From positions 32,001-96,000 of IMG/VR virus record IMGVR_UViG_2935054407_000001: a stretch of DNA of 64,000 nt. One strand, written 5' to 3'. Positions within the stretch are counted from its first letter, which is position 1. Each line of letters opens with the position of its first letter. This stretch comes from a virus. Lineage: Duplodnaviria > Caudoviricetes. A model generated the notes under the pieces. It made no database searches. It saw only the letters and a list, made by a program, of their open reading frames with translations, and was not told the DNA's origin. Positions 54,246-63,626 of this stretch are shown here, piece by piece. Both the position numbers and the translations under genes were made by a program.

Positions 54246-55399
54246 AAAATCACCTCCTGCATCGTGCGTGACCGCCACTTTCCGCCCGCCATCACGGCCG
54301 AATCGTCCACCATCGGAGCGCTCTGATCGCGGTAGGTGTAGGTGTCGGGGGCGTTGCGCGCGAGCGTCACGTGCGAGGTGAAGTCGATCTTCGCCATACC
54401 GGCGCTCGGGGCGTTGACCGGAGCGCGCAGGGTGTGCGTGGCGGCTGTGATCACCCACTCACCGGCCAGCCGCTCGGCGACCGCCGCGCCCTTGAGCTTG
54501 ATCGGCTGACCGGGCTGGAGGCGCGTGGAGCCCTTGAGCGTGGCCGTGGCCGACAGGTAGTCCTGGCTGGTGATCTGCGCTCCGTCCAGCGTGTAGTCCA
54601 GCTCGTCCTGGCTGTCCAGGCGCGTGTCTGGGATGACCTCCTGGCGGGCCTTGGGGTCACCCTGCGTATTGAAGATCTCCCGGCCCGTCTTGAAATCGAC
54701 ACCGTAGGCCGCGTGCTCGATCTTCCGGCCGGTCGGGTCCGGCATGTCGTCGCCGACCCAAGCCCTGAAGTCGTTGATGTGGTACCACTTGTTGCCGCTT
54801 TTGTGGATCTCGAACTCGGGCGCGGTCGCCTTCCTCGCAGCAGCCCATGCGGCAGGATCAACGAAATACAGGGTGCCGTTCTCCACCCAGCAGCGCCGCC
54901 CGGAGGCTGCCGCGCGCTCCTGAAGAAAGGCGTAGTCGGTCTTACGGTCCTGGTAGACGTACTTGTGAACCCGCTTGGTCTTGTGCGCCACGATGGAAAG
55001 CTGATGCTTACGCGCGAGTTCCTTGGCAATCGCGCTGTCGGTCATCTCCCGCCAGTCCTTGGTCCGCGTCACCGAAAGCGCCTGGCCGCTGCCGACGAGC
55101 ACATAATCCACCTGCACGTTCTGGCGCCGCATCGGAGACTCGGAGACGTAATCGGCGTGGTGGATGTAGCCGAAGAAGGTGTGCAGGTCGTCCGGCTCCC
55201 AGCCCCACCGCACCTCAACCAGGCTGTTCTCCTTATACATTTTCGGCTTGATGACGAACTGGCCGTCCATCGGATAGTGCAAGGAGATATACATCAAGGT
55301 GTGTTCAGAGACCTTCTGCTCCACCCGAACTTCCAGGGCGGGCGGTGAGACCTTCTTTCCGCTGACCTTGAAATCCAGCAAGGGCTTACGCCAGTACAT
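54242..55399 (-). CDS. baseplate hub (late control D / gp27-like)
   Basis: Q..KTDYAFLQ..A, G.T.LQPG, GEW.I...TH. Confidence 0.85.
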   Translation of the reverse strand: MYWRKPLLDFKVSGKKVSPPALEVRVEQKVSEHTLMYISLHYPMDGQFVIKPKMYKENSLVEVRWGWEPDDLHTFFGYIHHADYVSESPMRRQNVQVDYVLVGSGQALSVTRTKDWREMTDSAIAKELARKHQLSIVAHKTKRVHKYVYQDRKTDYAFLQERAAASGRRCWVENGTLYFVDPAAWAAARKATAPEFEIHKSGNKWYHINDFRAWVGDDMPDPTGRKIEHAAYGVDFKTGREIFNTQGDPKARQEVIPDTRLDSQDELDYTLDGAQITSQDYLSATATLKGSTRLQPGQPIKLKGAAVAERLAGEWVITAATHTLRAPVNAPSAGMAKIDFTSHVTLARNAPDTYTYRDQSAPMVDDSAVMAGGKWRSRTMQEVIL

Positions 55400-55658
55400 T
55401 CGGCAACCTCAGCTTCATGCCAGGAGAAACGGTCATCCAGTCCAGGATCTCAGGATTAGCGTCAGCGATCATGTACCACAATCCCGCATCCCCGTAATTG
55501 CGGAAGGCGATCAGATCGACCCGGTCCCCTTCCTTGACGATGTACTCGGTAAAACGAAAAGACCACGCCCTGTTCGGCCGAAGCTCCCGGCCTCGCACCA
55601 GTGCTCCGCGCCGCTTGGTGTAGACGCTCCGCATTCCCTCGTACCTGCTCTCGGCCAT
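55386..55658 (-). CDS. LysM / tail X baseplate protein
   Basis: YIVKEGDRVD.IA..YG...W..IADAN. Confidence 0.85.
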   Translation of the reverse strand: MAESRYEGMRSVYTKRRGALVRGRELRPNRAWSFRFTEYIVKEGDRVDLIAFRNYGDAGLWYMIADANPEILDWMTVSPGMKLRLPNVLA

Positions 55659-56374
55659 CAGTTCGGAACCTCCCGCAGCCGCTCCAAGGCGGAGTTGTTC
55701 CCGAAGTCGTGCAGCGGATCCGGGTTGTATCCGTCAACGCTGTCACTACTGCCGGGATCGGTGAAAGAAACGGTGTCGGGAATCAGCGCCACCGACAGCT
55801 CAACCGAACATCGAGTGGGCACCATATAGGACGTCCAGTGCTGATACTGCACGGAAAACTCGGTGATGTTTCCGAAGTACCTCAGCGAGTTCGATGATGT
55901 GCCGAAGTAGAAACGCATCGGCACGAAGACGGGCACGCCCGTCCCGGTCGTACTCAGCGTTGAAGTGCTGCCTCCGTTGTCGCGATCCGTGCTGAACGCC
56001 TGCTTGGTATTCATGCCGACCATGACCTTGAGCTGCTCGATGTCCACGCTGACACCGGCAGCCATTGCCCCCTGATTGAAGGCTTCCGCCCACCGGTCAA
56101 ACAGCAAGCTGAAAGACAATGTCTGGTTGGTGACACCTCGAAAAAGACCCTGCGCGGTAGGGTCTATACCGGACGCCATCGCGATGTTGCCCTCGTAGCT
56201 CGGATAGTTCACATCAATCACGGACGGGTTGAACAGGAACTTGAGGCCCTGCTTGTCTTGGCCCGGCATCGCCTTGTCCTGGACGATGTAGCCACGAGCC
56301 ACAGTCATTGTCTGGCCGTCCGGCCCGTATGTTGCCTGTAGCGCCGGATCAAAATCTGGGTTGAACTGAACCAC
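55658..56374 (-). CDS. tail tube initiator-like protein
   Basis: FLFNPS, LSF.LLFD, MVPTRC; follows the tape measure gene. Confidence 0.7.
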   Translation of the reverse strand: MVQFNPDFDPALQATYGPDGQTMTVARGYIVQDKAMPGQDKQGLKFLFNPSVIDVNYPSYEGNIAMASGIDPTAQGLFRGVTNQTLSFSLLFDRWAEAFNQGAMAAGVSVDIEQLKVMVGMNTKQAFSTDRDNGGSTSTLSTTGTGVPVFVPMRFYFGTSSNSLRYFGNITEFSVQYQHWTSYMVPTRCSVELSVALIPDTVSFTDPGSSDSVDGYNPDPLHDFGNNSALERLREVPN

Positions 56375-56376
56375 TT

Positions 56377-59300
56377 CTAGCGTCCCTTCGAGATGCGCTT
56401 GGTTCGCTGGAGGCGCTCCAATTCCGAGAAGACCTCGCTTGCCGTCTGCCGGGCGAGAGCGACATTGGCTCCGGCGCCGACGGTGAGCTGAATCGAGCCC
56501 GGCCCGAAGTTGAAGGTCAGCCCCCCACCCCCGCCGCCGCCACCGGCCACGCGGTCAGACAGGGAATTCGGGGCCACGGCCTCCTTCAGCAGCGCATCGC
56601 GGATCCGCTCGGCCGGGCGGCGCGGCACGACCATCTCCCCCTTGTGCAGCACCGCCTGGTGGCCGTCCTCGGGGATCTCCCAGGCGCCCTGCTCATACCA
56701 GTGGCCTACCTTCCGGCCGCCGATCGGTACGGCGCGCTGCCAGAAATCCAGCGCCTTGGCCGGTGTCTTGTAGCGGCTCTTGATGTAGCCCAGGCCCCAT
56801 TCGATCTGTGTGGCGGGGTTGGTGGCCCAGTCCTTACCGGCGCTGGCCATCTTGGATCCGGGGAGCGCCTGCGGGATGCCGTAGGCGTCGCTGGTCGGGT
56901 TGTCGGCCTTGTGGTTCCATCCGCTCTCGCGCTGCCACAGAGCTTCCAGGGCTCGCCACTGCTTGCCCGTCCAGCCCAGCTCGGCCGCCATCTTCTTGCC
57001 GATCTTCTTGTTGCTCTCGGCGGTGCCTGACCCCTTCGGCACGGACGGGATCTTGACGTCGCTGCCTTCTTTGACGCCCACTTTCTTGGCCTCGGTGAGC
57101 GTGGACGGATCGTCACGCGCTTCCTTGATCGCCAACTCGTTCTGCGCCTTCTCGATGTCACTGCTGCCGGTGCCGCGCGAGCCGAAGAAAGCCTTGATCG
57201 CGTCCACCTCTTCGACCGACCCCAGCGAGTTCGCGACGCCGGAGCTGGGCGAGCCGGTGCCCTGAACGCTGGTAGAGCCGTCGCCGATGACCTCGGTACC
57301 GGACTCGCTGGGGGCCGATACCTCGTTCTTGCGCGGCCCGGCCTCCTCGCGCTGCGGCTGACCATCACGCACGTTGGCGCTGGGGACGTCAGTGGGCGAC
57401 ACGCCAGCGCGCGGCCCCTTGAGCCAGCTCTTGATCTTGATCGCGCCCGCGAAAGGATTACGCGTTCGGACGACCTGAATGTTCTTTCCGGTCTGCGGCG
57501 CGTGCACGTAGGCACCCCGGTTGATCAGCATCTTCACGTGGCCACCGCCACTGGTATAGATGAGGTCTCCGGGCTGTGCCTCCTTCGCCGAGACGTTACG
57601 GCCCTTGGCATCGTTCATCTGGCTCCAGGTGTCACGCGGGATCTTGATCCGCGCCCCCTGCCAGTAGGCGTACTGCACAAGGCTGGAGCAATCGAAGCCC
57701 ACAGTCTTCGCGCCGCGCCCAGTGCCCAGGGTCGGCCCCTTGACGTTGCCGCCACCCCAGGAGTACGGCACGCCCACCTTCGACAGCGCCGCATCGATGA
57801 CGCCTCTCGCCACGTTCGGCGAGCTGCTCGACTCCTTCTTGGCCGAGTTCTTCGACCCCGGCTTCCCTGATCCGGCCTCCGGCGGCAAAGGCGCGGACGA
57901 GGACGCCTCCGTGGCCGTACCACCCGGCGCGAGGATCCCGCCCAGCAACGACTTCGCACCGGACAGGCCCGGGATGGAGTCCATGATCGACCCACCGATG
58001 GACAACCCGTTCTGCACCGAGGGATTGACCGTGGAGACATATCCCGTGAGGCTGACCAACCATTTTCCGAAAGGCGTTTTGAACAGGTTGTTGAACGCCT
58101 TGTTGAACGTGGTCAGATGCTCGGTGGCGGTCTTCATGCCGCCCATGAAGTTCTCGTTCGTGTTCGCGTCCTTGGCGTTGGTAACCGCCTCGGATCGCTT
58201 CAGCGTGTTGATCGTGTCGTCGGCGAGCCCGGCTTTCTTGAGCTTCTCCTGAGCGGCACTGATCTTCGCCTTGTTGCCGTCAACAGCATCGTCGAGGGTG
58301 AGATCGGTCAGTGCCTTCTTGTAGTCGTTCTGGCTCAGGCCGTGCTCGCTGACGGTGACGATGGCATCGAGCTGGGCGCGGACATTCGACTTCATCTCCT
58401 CGTCCATGCCAGCGGTGTAATTCTCAAAGGACGCGGAAGCGAGCTGACCCGGCTTCATGGACTTCATGAATTCCGACATCCCGATTTTCTCACCGCCCCA
58501 CGGCCCATAGATGGAATCGAGATAGCCGTAGAGGTTGTCGATCGTGCCCTTGTACTTCCCGCCGCCTGCGTAGGTGTCGCCGATGCCCATCTGCACGCTG
58601 CGCCGCTGCGCCTGCGGGGAGCGCATGTACGCCTCAAGGTTGGCGGTGCTCGTCGCCGACGCGTACGGGTTGGCAGCAGCCAGGCCGGTGAAGTCCCGCC
58701 ATTGCTGCTGCGCCTGCGGGGAGCCCTGGAAATTGCGGGTGCCGATCAGGTTGCCCATCATCCAGTTCGAGTTTTGGGCGTCCTGATGGTTGTAGCTCCA
58801 AAAGCTGTAGCTGCTGGTCGCGTCCTGGCCGAAGGTCTGCTGCCGGATGGCGTCCCGCCGACGGTTCGGATCCCCGCCGTAGGCGACCGCAGGCATCTGC
58901 CGGGCCGCCCTGGAGGCGTAGGCGTGCATCTCCTGCATCTTGCCGCGCTTGGAGTCGCCGTAGGCGGCGGCGAAGTCCCACGCGAAGCCCGCCAGGCTAC
59001 CGATACCGGACGGCAGCCTGACTTCCTGAGCGGTCGGCCGCTGCGTCGGCGGGATGCTGGAGAAGGGATTGCCTGGGACCGAGCTGCCGGAGCTGCCCGG
59101 GGGTACGCCGCCGTTGTTGTAGCCGCCCCCGCCGGTAGCCGCCATGCCACCACCGCCACTGCCACCGCTTCCGGCTGGCGGCATGCCGCCGTTGTTGTAG
59201 CCGCCCCCTCCCCCGCCTCCGCCGCCACCGCCGTTCGGGGGCTGACTGGAGCCGCCGCCACCGGCTGCTGCCGCACCGCCGTTGTTGTAGCTGGTGCCGT

Positions 59301-59616
59301 AGCTCGGCGGCTTGAATCCCGGGGCCATGACGTTGCCCAGGATGTAGCCGCTGCCTGACTGCTGCTGGCCGGTGGCTGCCCTGGCGGTCGGCAGATAGGA
59401 GCCCTGGCGGGCCGGGAGGTAGGACTGCTGCTGGGCCTGGGTGGTGGGGTTGTAGCTGCCCTTGCCTGTACCTGCTGCGAAGCCGAATCCGCTGCCGGTG
59501 CGCGACATCACGGCCAGGACCTTCGCGAAGGTCTGCTGAACCTCCACCAGCGTCTTGGTGTTGTCCCGCAGATTCTTGGCGAGGTCGTTAGCCTCCAGCA
59601 GGTACGTCTCAGCCAT
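56377..59616 (-). CDS. tape measure protein with NlpC/P60 and lytic transglycosylase domains
   Basis: PYSWGG..FDCSSLVQ..GHV; LWQRESGW..AYGIPQALP. Confidence 0.88.
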   Translation of the reverse strand: MAETYLLEANDLAKNLRDNTKTLVEVQQTFAKVLAVMSRTGSGFGFAAGTGKGSYNPTTQAQQQSYLPARQGSYLPTARAATGQQQSGSGYILGNVMAPGFKPPSYGTSYNNGGAAAAGGGGSSQPPNGGGGGGGGGGGYNNGGMPPAGSGGSGGGGMAATGGGGYNNGGVPPGSSGSSVPGNPFSSIPPTQRPTAQEVRLPSGIGSLAGFAWDFAAAYGDSKRGKMQEMHAYASRAARQMPAVAYGGDPNRRRDAIRQQTFGQDATSSYSFWSYNHQDAQNSNWMMGNLIGTRNFQGSPQAQQQWRDFTGLAAANPYASATSTANLEAYMRSPQAQRRSVQMGIGDTYAGGGKYKGTIDNLYGYLDSIYGPWGGEKIGMSEFMKSMKPGQLASASFENYTAGMDEEMKSNVRAQLDAIVTVSEHGLSQNDYKKALTDLTLDDAVDGNKAKISAAQEKLKKAGLADDTINTLKRSEAVTNAKDANTNENFMGGMKTATEHLTTFNKAFNNLFKTPFGKWLVSLTGYVSTVNPSVQNGLSIGGSIMDSIPGLSGAKSLLGGILAPGGTATEASSSAPLPPEAGSGKPGSKNSAKKESSSSPNVARGVIDAALSKVGVPYSWGGGNVKGPTLGTGRGAKTVGFDCSSLVQYAYWQGARIKIPRDTWSQMNDAKGRNVSAKEAQPGDLIYTSGGGHVKMLINRGAYVHAPQTGKNIQVVRTRNPFAGAIKIKSWLKGPRAGVSPTDVPSANVRDGQPQREEAGPRKNEVSAPSESGTEVIGDGSTSVQGTGSPSSGVANSLGSVEEVDAIKAFFGSRGTGSSDIEKAQNELAIKEARDDPSTLTEAKKVGVKEGSDVKIPSVPKGSGTAESNKKIGKKMAAELGWTGKQWRALEALWQRESGWNHKADNPTSDAYGIPQALPGSKMASAGKDWATNPATQIEWGLGYIKSRYKTPAKALDFWQRAVPIGGRKVGHWYEQGAWEIPEDGHQAVLHKGEMVVPRRPAERIRDALLKEAVAPNSLSDRVAGGGGGGGGLTFNFGPGSIQLTVGAGANVALARQTASEVFSELERLQRTKRISKGR

Positions 59617-59773
59617 TGGCCCTTTGCCTCTCCAGGCGCCATCTGGCGAGCGCCACGTAATATCTGCGTTCGCGCACAGTCAGAGCACGCGCGTCACCGA
59701 CGGACCACCCGTAGGTGAGAACGAGGTCGGAGTCGGTATCCACGACGCGCCGGTAATCGCTAGTTCCAGCGAA
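59609..59773 (-). CDS. tail assembly chaperone C-terminal extension (probable +1 frameshift product)
   Basis: YGWSV.D...LT.RER..Y; no good SD/start; in the +1 frame at TTT CGC. Confidence 0.6.
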   Translation of the reverse strand, partial: FAGTSDYRRVVDTDSDLVLTYGWSVGDARALTVRERRYYVALARWRLERQRANG

Positions 59774-60617
59774 ACAGGGCAGACAGGGTGACCTGCACCT
59801 TCTGCTCATGCGCGCAGCTTGCGCACGTGATGGGCACGCCGTCCTCGTCCGGGCCGACGCGGCGCTTGCGCAGCTCCTCCAGGAGGGTGGCGCGATCCGC
59901 CAGGCCCAGATCACGCATCGCGACCTCGGCATCCATCTGGCCAGCGACCGGGCGCGTGGCGCCCGACGGGCCGCGCAGGGAGATGACCGTGCGGGCCAGG
60001 AGCAGCGTGTCAGCCTCAGCGATCGTCAGGTTCCCCGCGCGGGCGGCGTGGACGACCGCGTTCTGATCCACGCCCCGCGTCAGGCGCACCCTCGCGACGA
60101 CGCCGCGCTTCAAGGTGACCTCGAACTCCGTGGCGCCGGGGACGGGACTCTTGGTGATGGGGATCTCATCGAGGCCGACGGTCGCGCCGAGCTTTTGCCC
60201 GCAGCCGCCGCAGGTCAGCTCGTAATCGATGCTCTCGCCGTAGGTGGCTCGCCGGATGCCGAGCAGCAGCATGTCACGGTCGCCCACCACGAGCTGGCCG
60301 AGGAGATCGGGGGTGGCGGGCCGGTCACCGATGGCCACGGTACCGCGCTCCAGGAGAGTCGTCAGGAACGCCTCCGGAGCAGACGAAAGCGCCGCCCGGG
60401 AGATGGCCTCCTCGTCGGCGCCGGTCAGCTCACGCACCCGAGCCAGAGTGATCACCTGGCCGTCCAGCGTCAGGCCGCACGCCAGCTCGACGACATCGTC
60501 TGTGGGTACGTCCGGCTGCGGGAGGGGGTTCATGTCCTCCAGGACGCGCTGCATGTCGGCAGCAGCCGCAAGGTCCGTGGCCGGGTTCCGATAGGTGATG
60601 TCCGAGTGCGTTTCCAA
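59760..60617 (-). CDS. tail assembly chaperone
   Basis: VRELTGADEE, GDRD.LL..IR..TYG, two CxxC; between tube and tape measure. Confidence 0.82.
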   Translation of the reverse strand: METHSDITYRNPATDLAAAADMQRVLEDMNPLPQPDVPTDDVVELACGLTLDGQVITLARVRELTGADEEAISRAALSSAPEAFLTTLLERGTVAIGDRPATPDLLGQLVVGDRDMLLLGIRRATYGESIDYELTCGGCGQKLGATVGLDEIPITKSPVPGATEFEVTLKRGVVARVRLTRGVDQNAVVHAARAGNLTIAEADTLLLARTVISLRGPSGATRPVAGQMDAEVAMRDLGLADRATLLEELRKRRVGPDEDGVPITCASCAHEQKVQVTLSALFRWN

Positions 60618-60680
60618 GGCGGTAATTCTCCTTAATATGCGACGGGCTCGTCTTACATAACGTTAGGAGAATTACCGCCT
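60617..60680 (-). promoter_or_regulatory. 16-bp inverted repeat sequestering the chaperone RBS
   Basis: AGGCGGTAATTCTCCT / AGGAGAATTACCGCCT. Confidence 0.75.
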
Positions 60681-60692
60681 CAGATATTAACG

Positions 60693-61289
60693 TCAGCCCG
60701 CAGAGGAGAACTCCTGGGCGGTTCCGGTGGCCGACTTCGGCGCGATCGTGAATCCAAACCCTTCGTGAACCAACGTCATCTGGTTGACGATGATCTGATT
60801 TGCTCCGGCGTCAAGGTCGGAAAAGCTAGCCGTCGTAGGCCACGCGTTGTAGAGCTTGAACCGGGCGCGGACATCGCCGTCGCCTTCCATGACCGGGTGG
60901 TTGAGAACCTGGATTTCCACGTCCACCCGGAAATCGTATCCCTGCGTCGCCTGCGGCGTTCCGAGCCCCATGTCACCGCCGGATGAGACGGCCATGACGG
61001 TGCGCATCCAGCGCATCATGAAGCTACCCTCGTCGCCGACGATCAGGCCCTTGGAAAGGGTCACCGGCTGGAAATCCGTCTGGCCAGGGAGCTTATGCGG
61101 CGAAGTGGAATACCCACCCTCTCGGTAGGGAATTACATCGGTATTTACGGAAAGTCCGGAGACGGACATGAAGCCCATCTGCGTGGGCGGCTCGATACCG
61201 GCAGTGCCATTCGCACCACCCCGCGAAAACGCCACCTTGAACTTGAAGTTCCGCAGCGGATCAGACGTCAGAAGGTGTCCAGTAGGCAT
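60693..61289 (-). CDS. tail tube protein (T4 gp19-like)
   Basis: DPLRNFKF, YREGG, KLPG, NAWP, L.HEG. Confidence 0.92.
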   Translation of the reverse strand: MPTGHLLTSDPLRNFKFKVAFSRGGANGTAGIEPPTQMGFMSVSGLSVNTDVIPYREGGYSTSPHKLPGQTDFQPVTLSKGLIVGDEGSFMMRWMRTVMAVSSGGDMGLGTPQATQGYDFRVDVEIQVLNHPVMEGDGDVRARFKLYNAWPTTASFSDLDAGANQIIVNQMTLVHEGFGFTIAPKSATGTAQEFSSAG

Positions 61290-61307
61290 TTCTCACAGAC
61301 CTCTCTC

Positions 61308-62852
61308 TTAGAAGTTCTCTTCGGTCGAGGTCTGTCCATCCCACTGACCGACCTTAATGACGATAAATTCGGCCGGATACCGCAACGCGACACGGACATC
61401 GACATTTACACGACCCGCGTTGATGGTCTGCGGCGTGTTATTCGTGTCCGAGCAGATGGTGTTGAAAGCCTCGCTCTCGTTGCGTCCCGCGAGAATTCCC
61501 TGCCGAAGCTGAGCCAGCAGATAACGGTCCACTGTCATCTTGATGACCTGCCACAGGTCCGGGCCGTTCGGCTCGAACACGGCGAATTTCGTGATGTCGC
61601 CGAGCTGCTTTCGCAGCATGATGAGCGTGCGCCGGACGGGCACATACCGGTCGGGAAGCTCGCGCTTCAACGTCCGCGAACCCATGATGCAGATGCCATT
61701 TCCGGGCACCAGCCGGATGACATTGATGTGGTTGTCCGCGAGGTCGTCCAGTTCAGCGGGAGTGAACTTGCACTCAGCCGCGAGAACACCATCGAGCCGC
61801 GTTTCCGTACCGGCCGGGGCCTTGGCCACATGCCGCACCGAGTCATTGCGCGCGAAACGCCCGAGAACCGCACCACCCGGCGGCAGCAGCCTGACCGCGC
61901 CGTACATGTTCGTGGCCGGGTCATTGGCCATCAGCCACGGACCGTAGACGGCGCCGTACGACGTCGCCCGGTACGGGTCCGAGCCGAGCACCAGGCCCGT
62001 GTAACCGGCGGCGATCTGCGTGGACGTCGAGCCCTCAGTACCTCGCGGGCCGTCGATGACGACGAACACCTTGCCGGTGCTCTCCGCCCACTCCAGGACC
62101 GGGTTGATGATGGAGTCGCTGACGACGGCCGGGATGTTGAGGTCGATGTTGTCGTCCAGGTCACCCAGCTTCTTCGCCGCCGTGACCATGTCATACGGTG
62201 CGACGCCGTCATTTCCGGTACCCAGGGTTCCGTCCTGGGCGGGGATGACATCGTTGGTCGCGCTGTAGGTGTAGGTCTCGGTGATCTTGACGTTCGTCAA
62301 CCGCAGCACGAGCGAACCAGCCCACGTGCTATTGACGATGTTCACCGCATAGCGGCTGTCGTCGGGGTTCGAGGACAGGTCTTCGAACCGCTCGACCTCT
62401 CGCCCGGAATCGCGGACGATCAGCGTGAACCGGCCAGCAGGCGCACCCGTCGGCACCACGTGCACCGACAGCGAGTTACCGCCGATTCCCGGCGAAAGCG
62501 CCGTGACCTTCAGCGCGTCCTTCGGACCGTTGTTCGGCGCACCGGACGGCGTCGAATCCTTCAGCGTCACCGTGGCGTACGTCGCGTCAGAACGCGTCGA
62601 GCGCACGATGTAGCACTGGCCGCCACCGTTCTTGTAGAACAGGTAGACGGCGTACGGCAGATAACTGCCGGAGATGAATCCACCGAAAAGGTTCACGAAC
62701 TGCGCCCACGACTTGATCTTCGTCGGAAGCGCCGGACCCTTCTCCGTGATCCCGACGAATGCCGCCACAGCCCGCGCGTCACCATAGCCATTGGCACCGC
62801 GAGGAGACAGATCCTCCTCGATGTATACACCTGGGGTTAGGTACTCGGCCAC
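61308..62852 (-). CDS. tail sheath protein
   Basis: YLTPGVYIEE, KAPAG, YVPVRR, VFEPN, PAEFI. Confidence 0.95.
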   Translation of the reverse strand: MAEYLTPGVYIEEDLSPRGANGYGDARAVAAFVGITEKGPALPTKIKSWAQFVNLFGGFISGSYLPYAVYLFYKNGGGQCYIVRSTRSDATYATVTLKDSTPSGAPNNGPKDALKVTALSPGIGGNSLSVHVVPTGAPAGRFTLIVRDSGREVERFEDLSSNPDDSRYAVNIVNSTWAGSLVLRLTNVKITETYTYSATNDVIPAQDGTLGTGNDGVAPYDMVTAAKKLGDLDDNIDLNIPAVVSDSIINPVLEWAESTGKVFVVIDGPRGTEGSTSTQIAAGYTGLVLGSDPYRATSYGAVYGPWLMANDPATNMYGAVRLLPPGGAVLGRFARNDSVRHVAKAPAGTETRLDGVLAAECKFTPAELDDLADNHINVIRLVPGNGICIMGSRTLKRELPDRYVPVRRTLIMLRKQLGDITKFAVFEPNGPDLWQVIKMTVDRYLLAQLRQGILAGRNESEAFNTICSDTNNTPQTINAGRVNVDVRVALRYPAEFIVIKVGQWDGQTSTEENF

Positions 62853-62863
62853 TGAACTCCTCT

Positions 62864-63499
62864 TTAGTCCTCTTCGGCTTCGTAGACGAAGTCGAAGTGC
62901 TCTGTCTCTTTGTCGTCGCGCAGGGGCCGAAGTGTCCCGGCGACTCGATCGGGGAAGGTGAGCCGTTCAATGTCCCAGGGCGTCATCTCAGAGGCGACGC
63001 GGACCAGATAGTAGGTCTCGAAAATGCGCTTGTTGTCGGCGTCCAGACGGGATGAATATGTCGGCCCCGCCTGAACGTCCATGGACACGTGCACCCCGAT
63101 TTCCGGGATGTGCAGTGCGCCACCGCGATGCGGGATCCGCGCTTCCCTCCCCAGCTCGACCGTCAGGAGTGTCTGGTGCTCCTGCGCGCGAGTGAAGACC
63201 GACACCTGGTAGTCGATGTCGAAAGGGATCGGAAATCCCGCGTAGTAACCCCAGCGTGCACCGTCAGGAACCGGGTCCTTACCTTCGGGCGTGTAAGGAA
63301 TGCGGACACGGCCTCGGTGCTCGCGTTCGAAAGCCTGATAGACGCCTGTCCGGGTGAGAACCAGGATGGGGTACGTCATGTCAGCGGCTTCGGGTTCGGG
63401 CTGCGAGAAACGCACAGGAACGGGCTCCGTGAGACCAGGAAGACTGATCCCAGAAAGCCTCGTCTTTATCGCGCGATCCTCGCGAAGCACCCACGGCAT
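62864..63499 (-). CDS. tail terminator/completion protein
   Basis: Position before the sheath gene; YP.L, PIPFDI.YQV. Confidence 0.65.
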   Translation of the reverse strand: MPWVLREDRAIKTRLSGISLPGLTEPVPVRFSQPEPEAADMTYPILVLTRTGVYQAFEREHRGRVRIPYTPEGKDPVPDGARWGYYAGFPIPFDIDYQVSVFTRAQEHQTLLTVELGREARIPHRGGALHIPEIGVHVSMDVQAGPTYSSRLDADNKRIFETYYLVRVASEMTPWDIERLTFPDRVAGTLRPLRDDKETEHFDFVYEAEED

Positions 63500-63584
63500 G
63501 ACTGGTTACTCGCCCCAGCCAATCGCGCCCTCGTCCTCGTCCTCATCCACAATGCACACCCTTAATAGAAACGACTACACATTC

Positions 63585-63615
63585 AGAGTAAGGGCGGAAA
63601 CACAAACGTTTATAA
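63585..63615 (-). promoter_or_regulatory. phage-type promoter TTATAAA-N18-TACTCT
   Basis: AT-rich intergenic region heading the tail operon. Confidence 0.7.
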
Positions 63616-63626
63616 AATGGAATCCG

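Noticed and set aside
63505-63558. Tiny acidic ORF (M)DEDEDEGAIGWGE upstream of the tail terminator gene
   Set aside because: Too short to support without conservation or ribosome data
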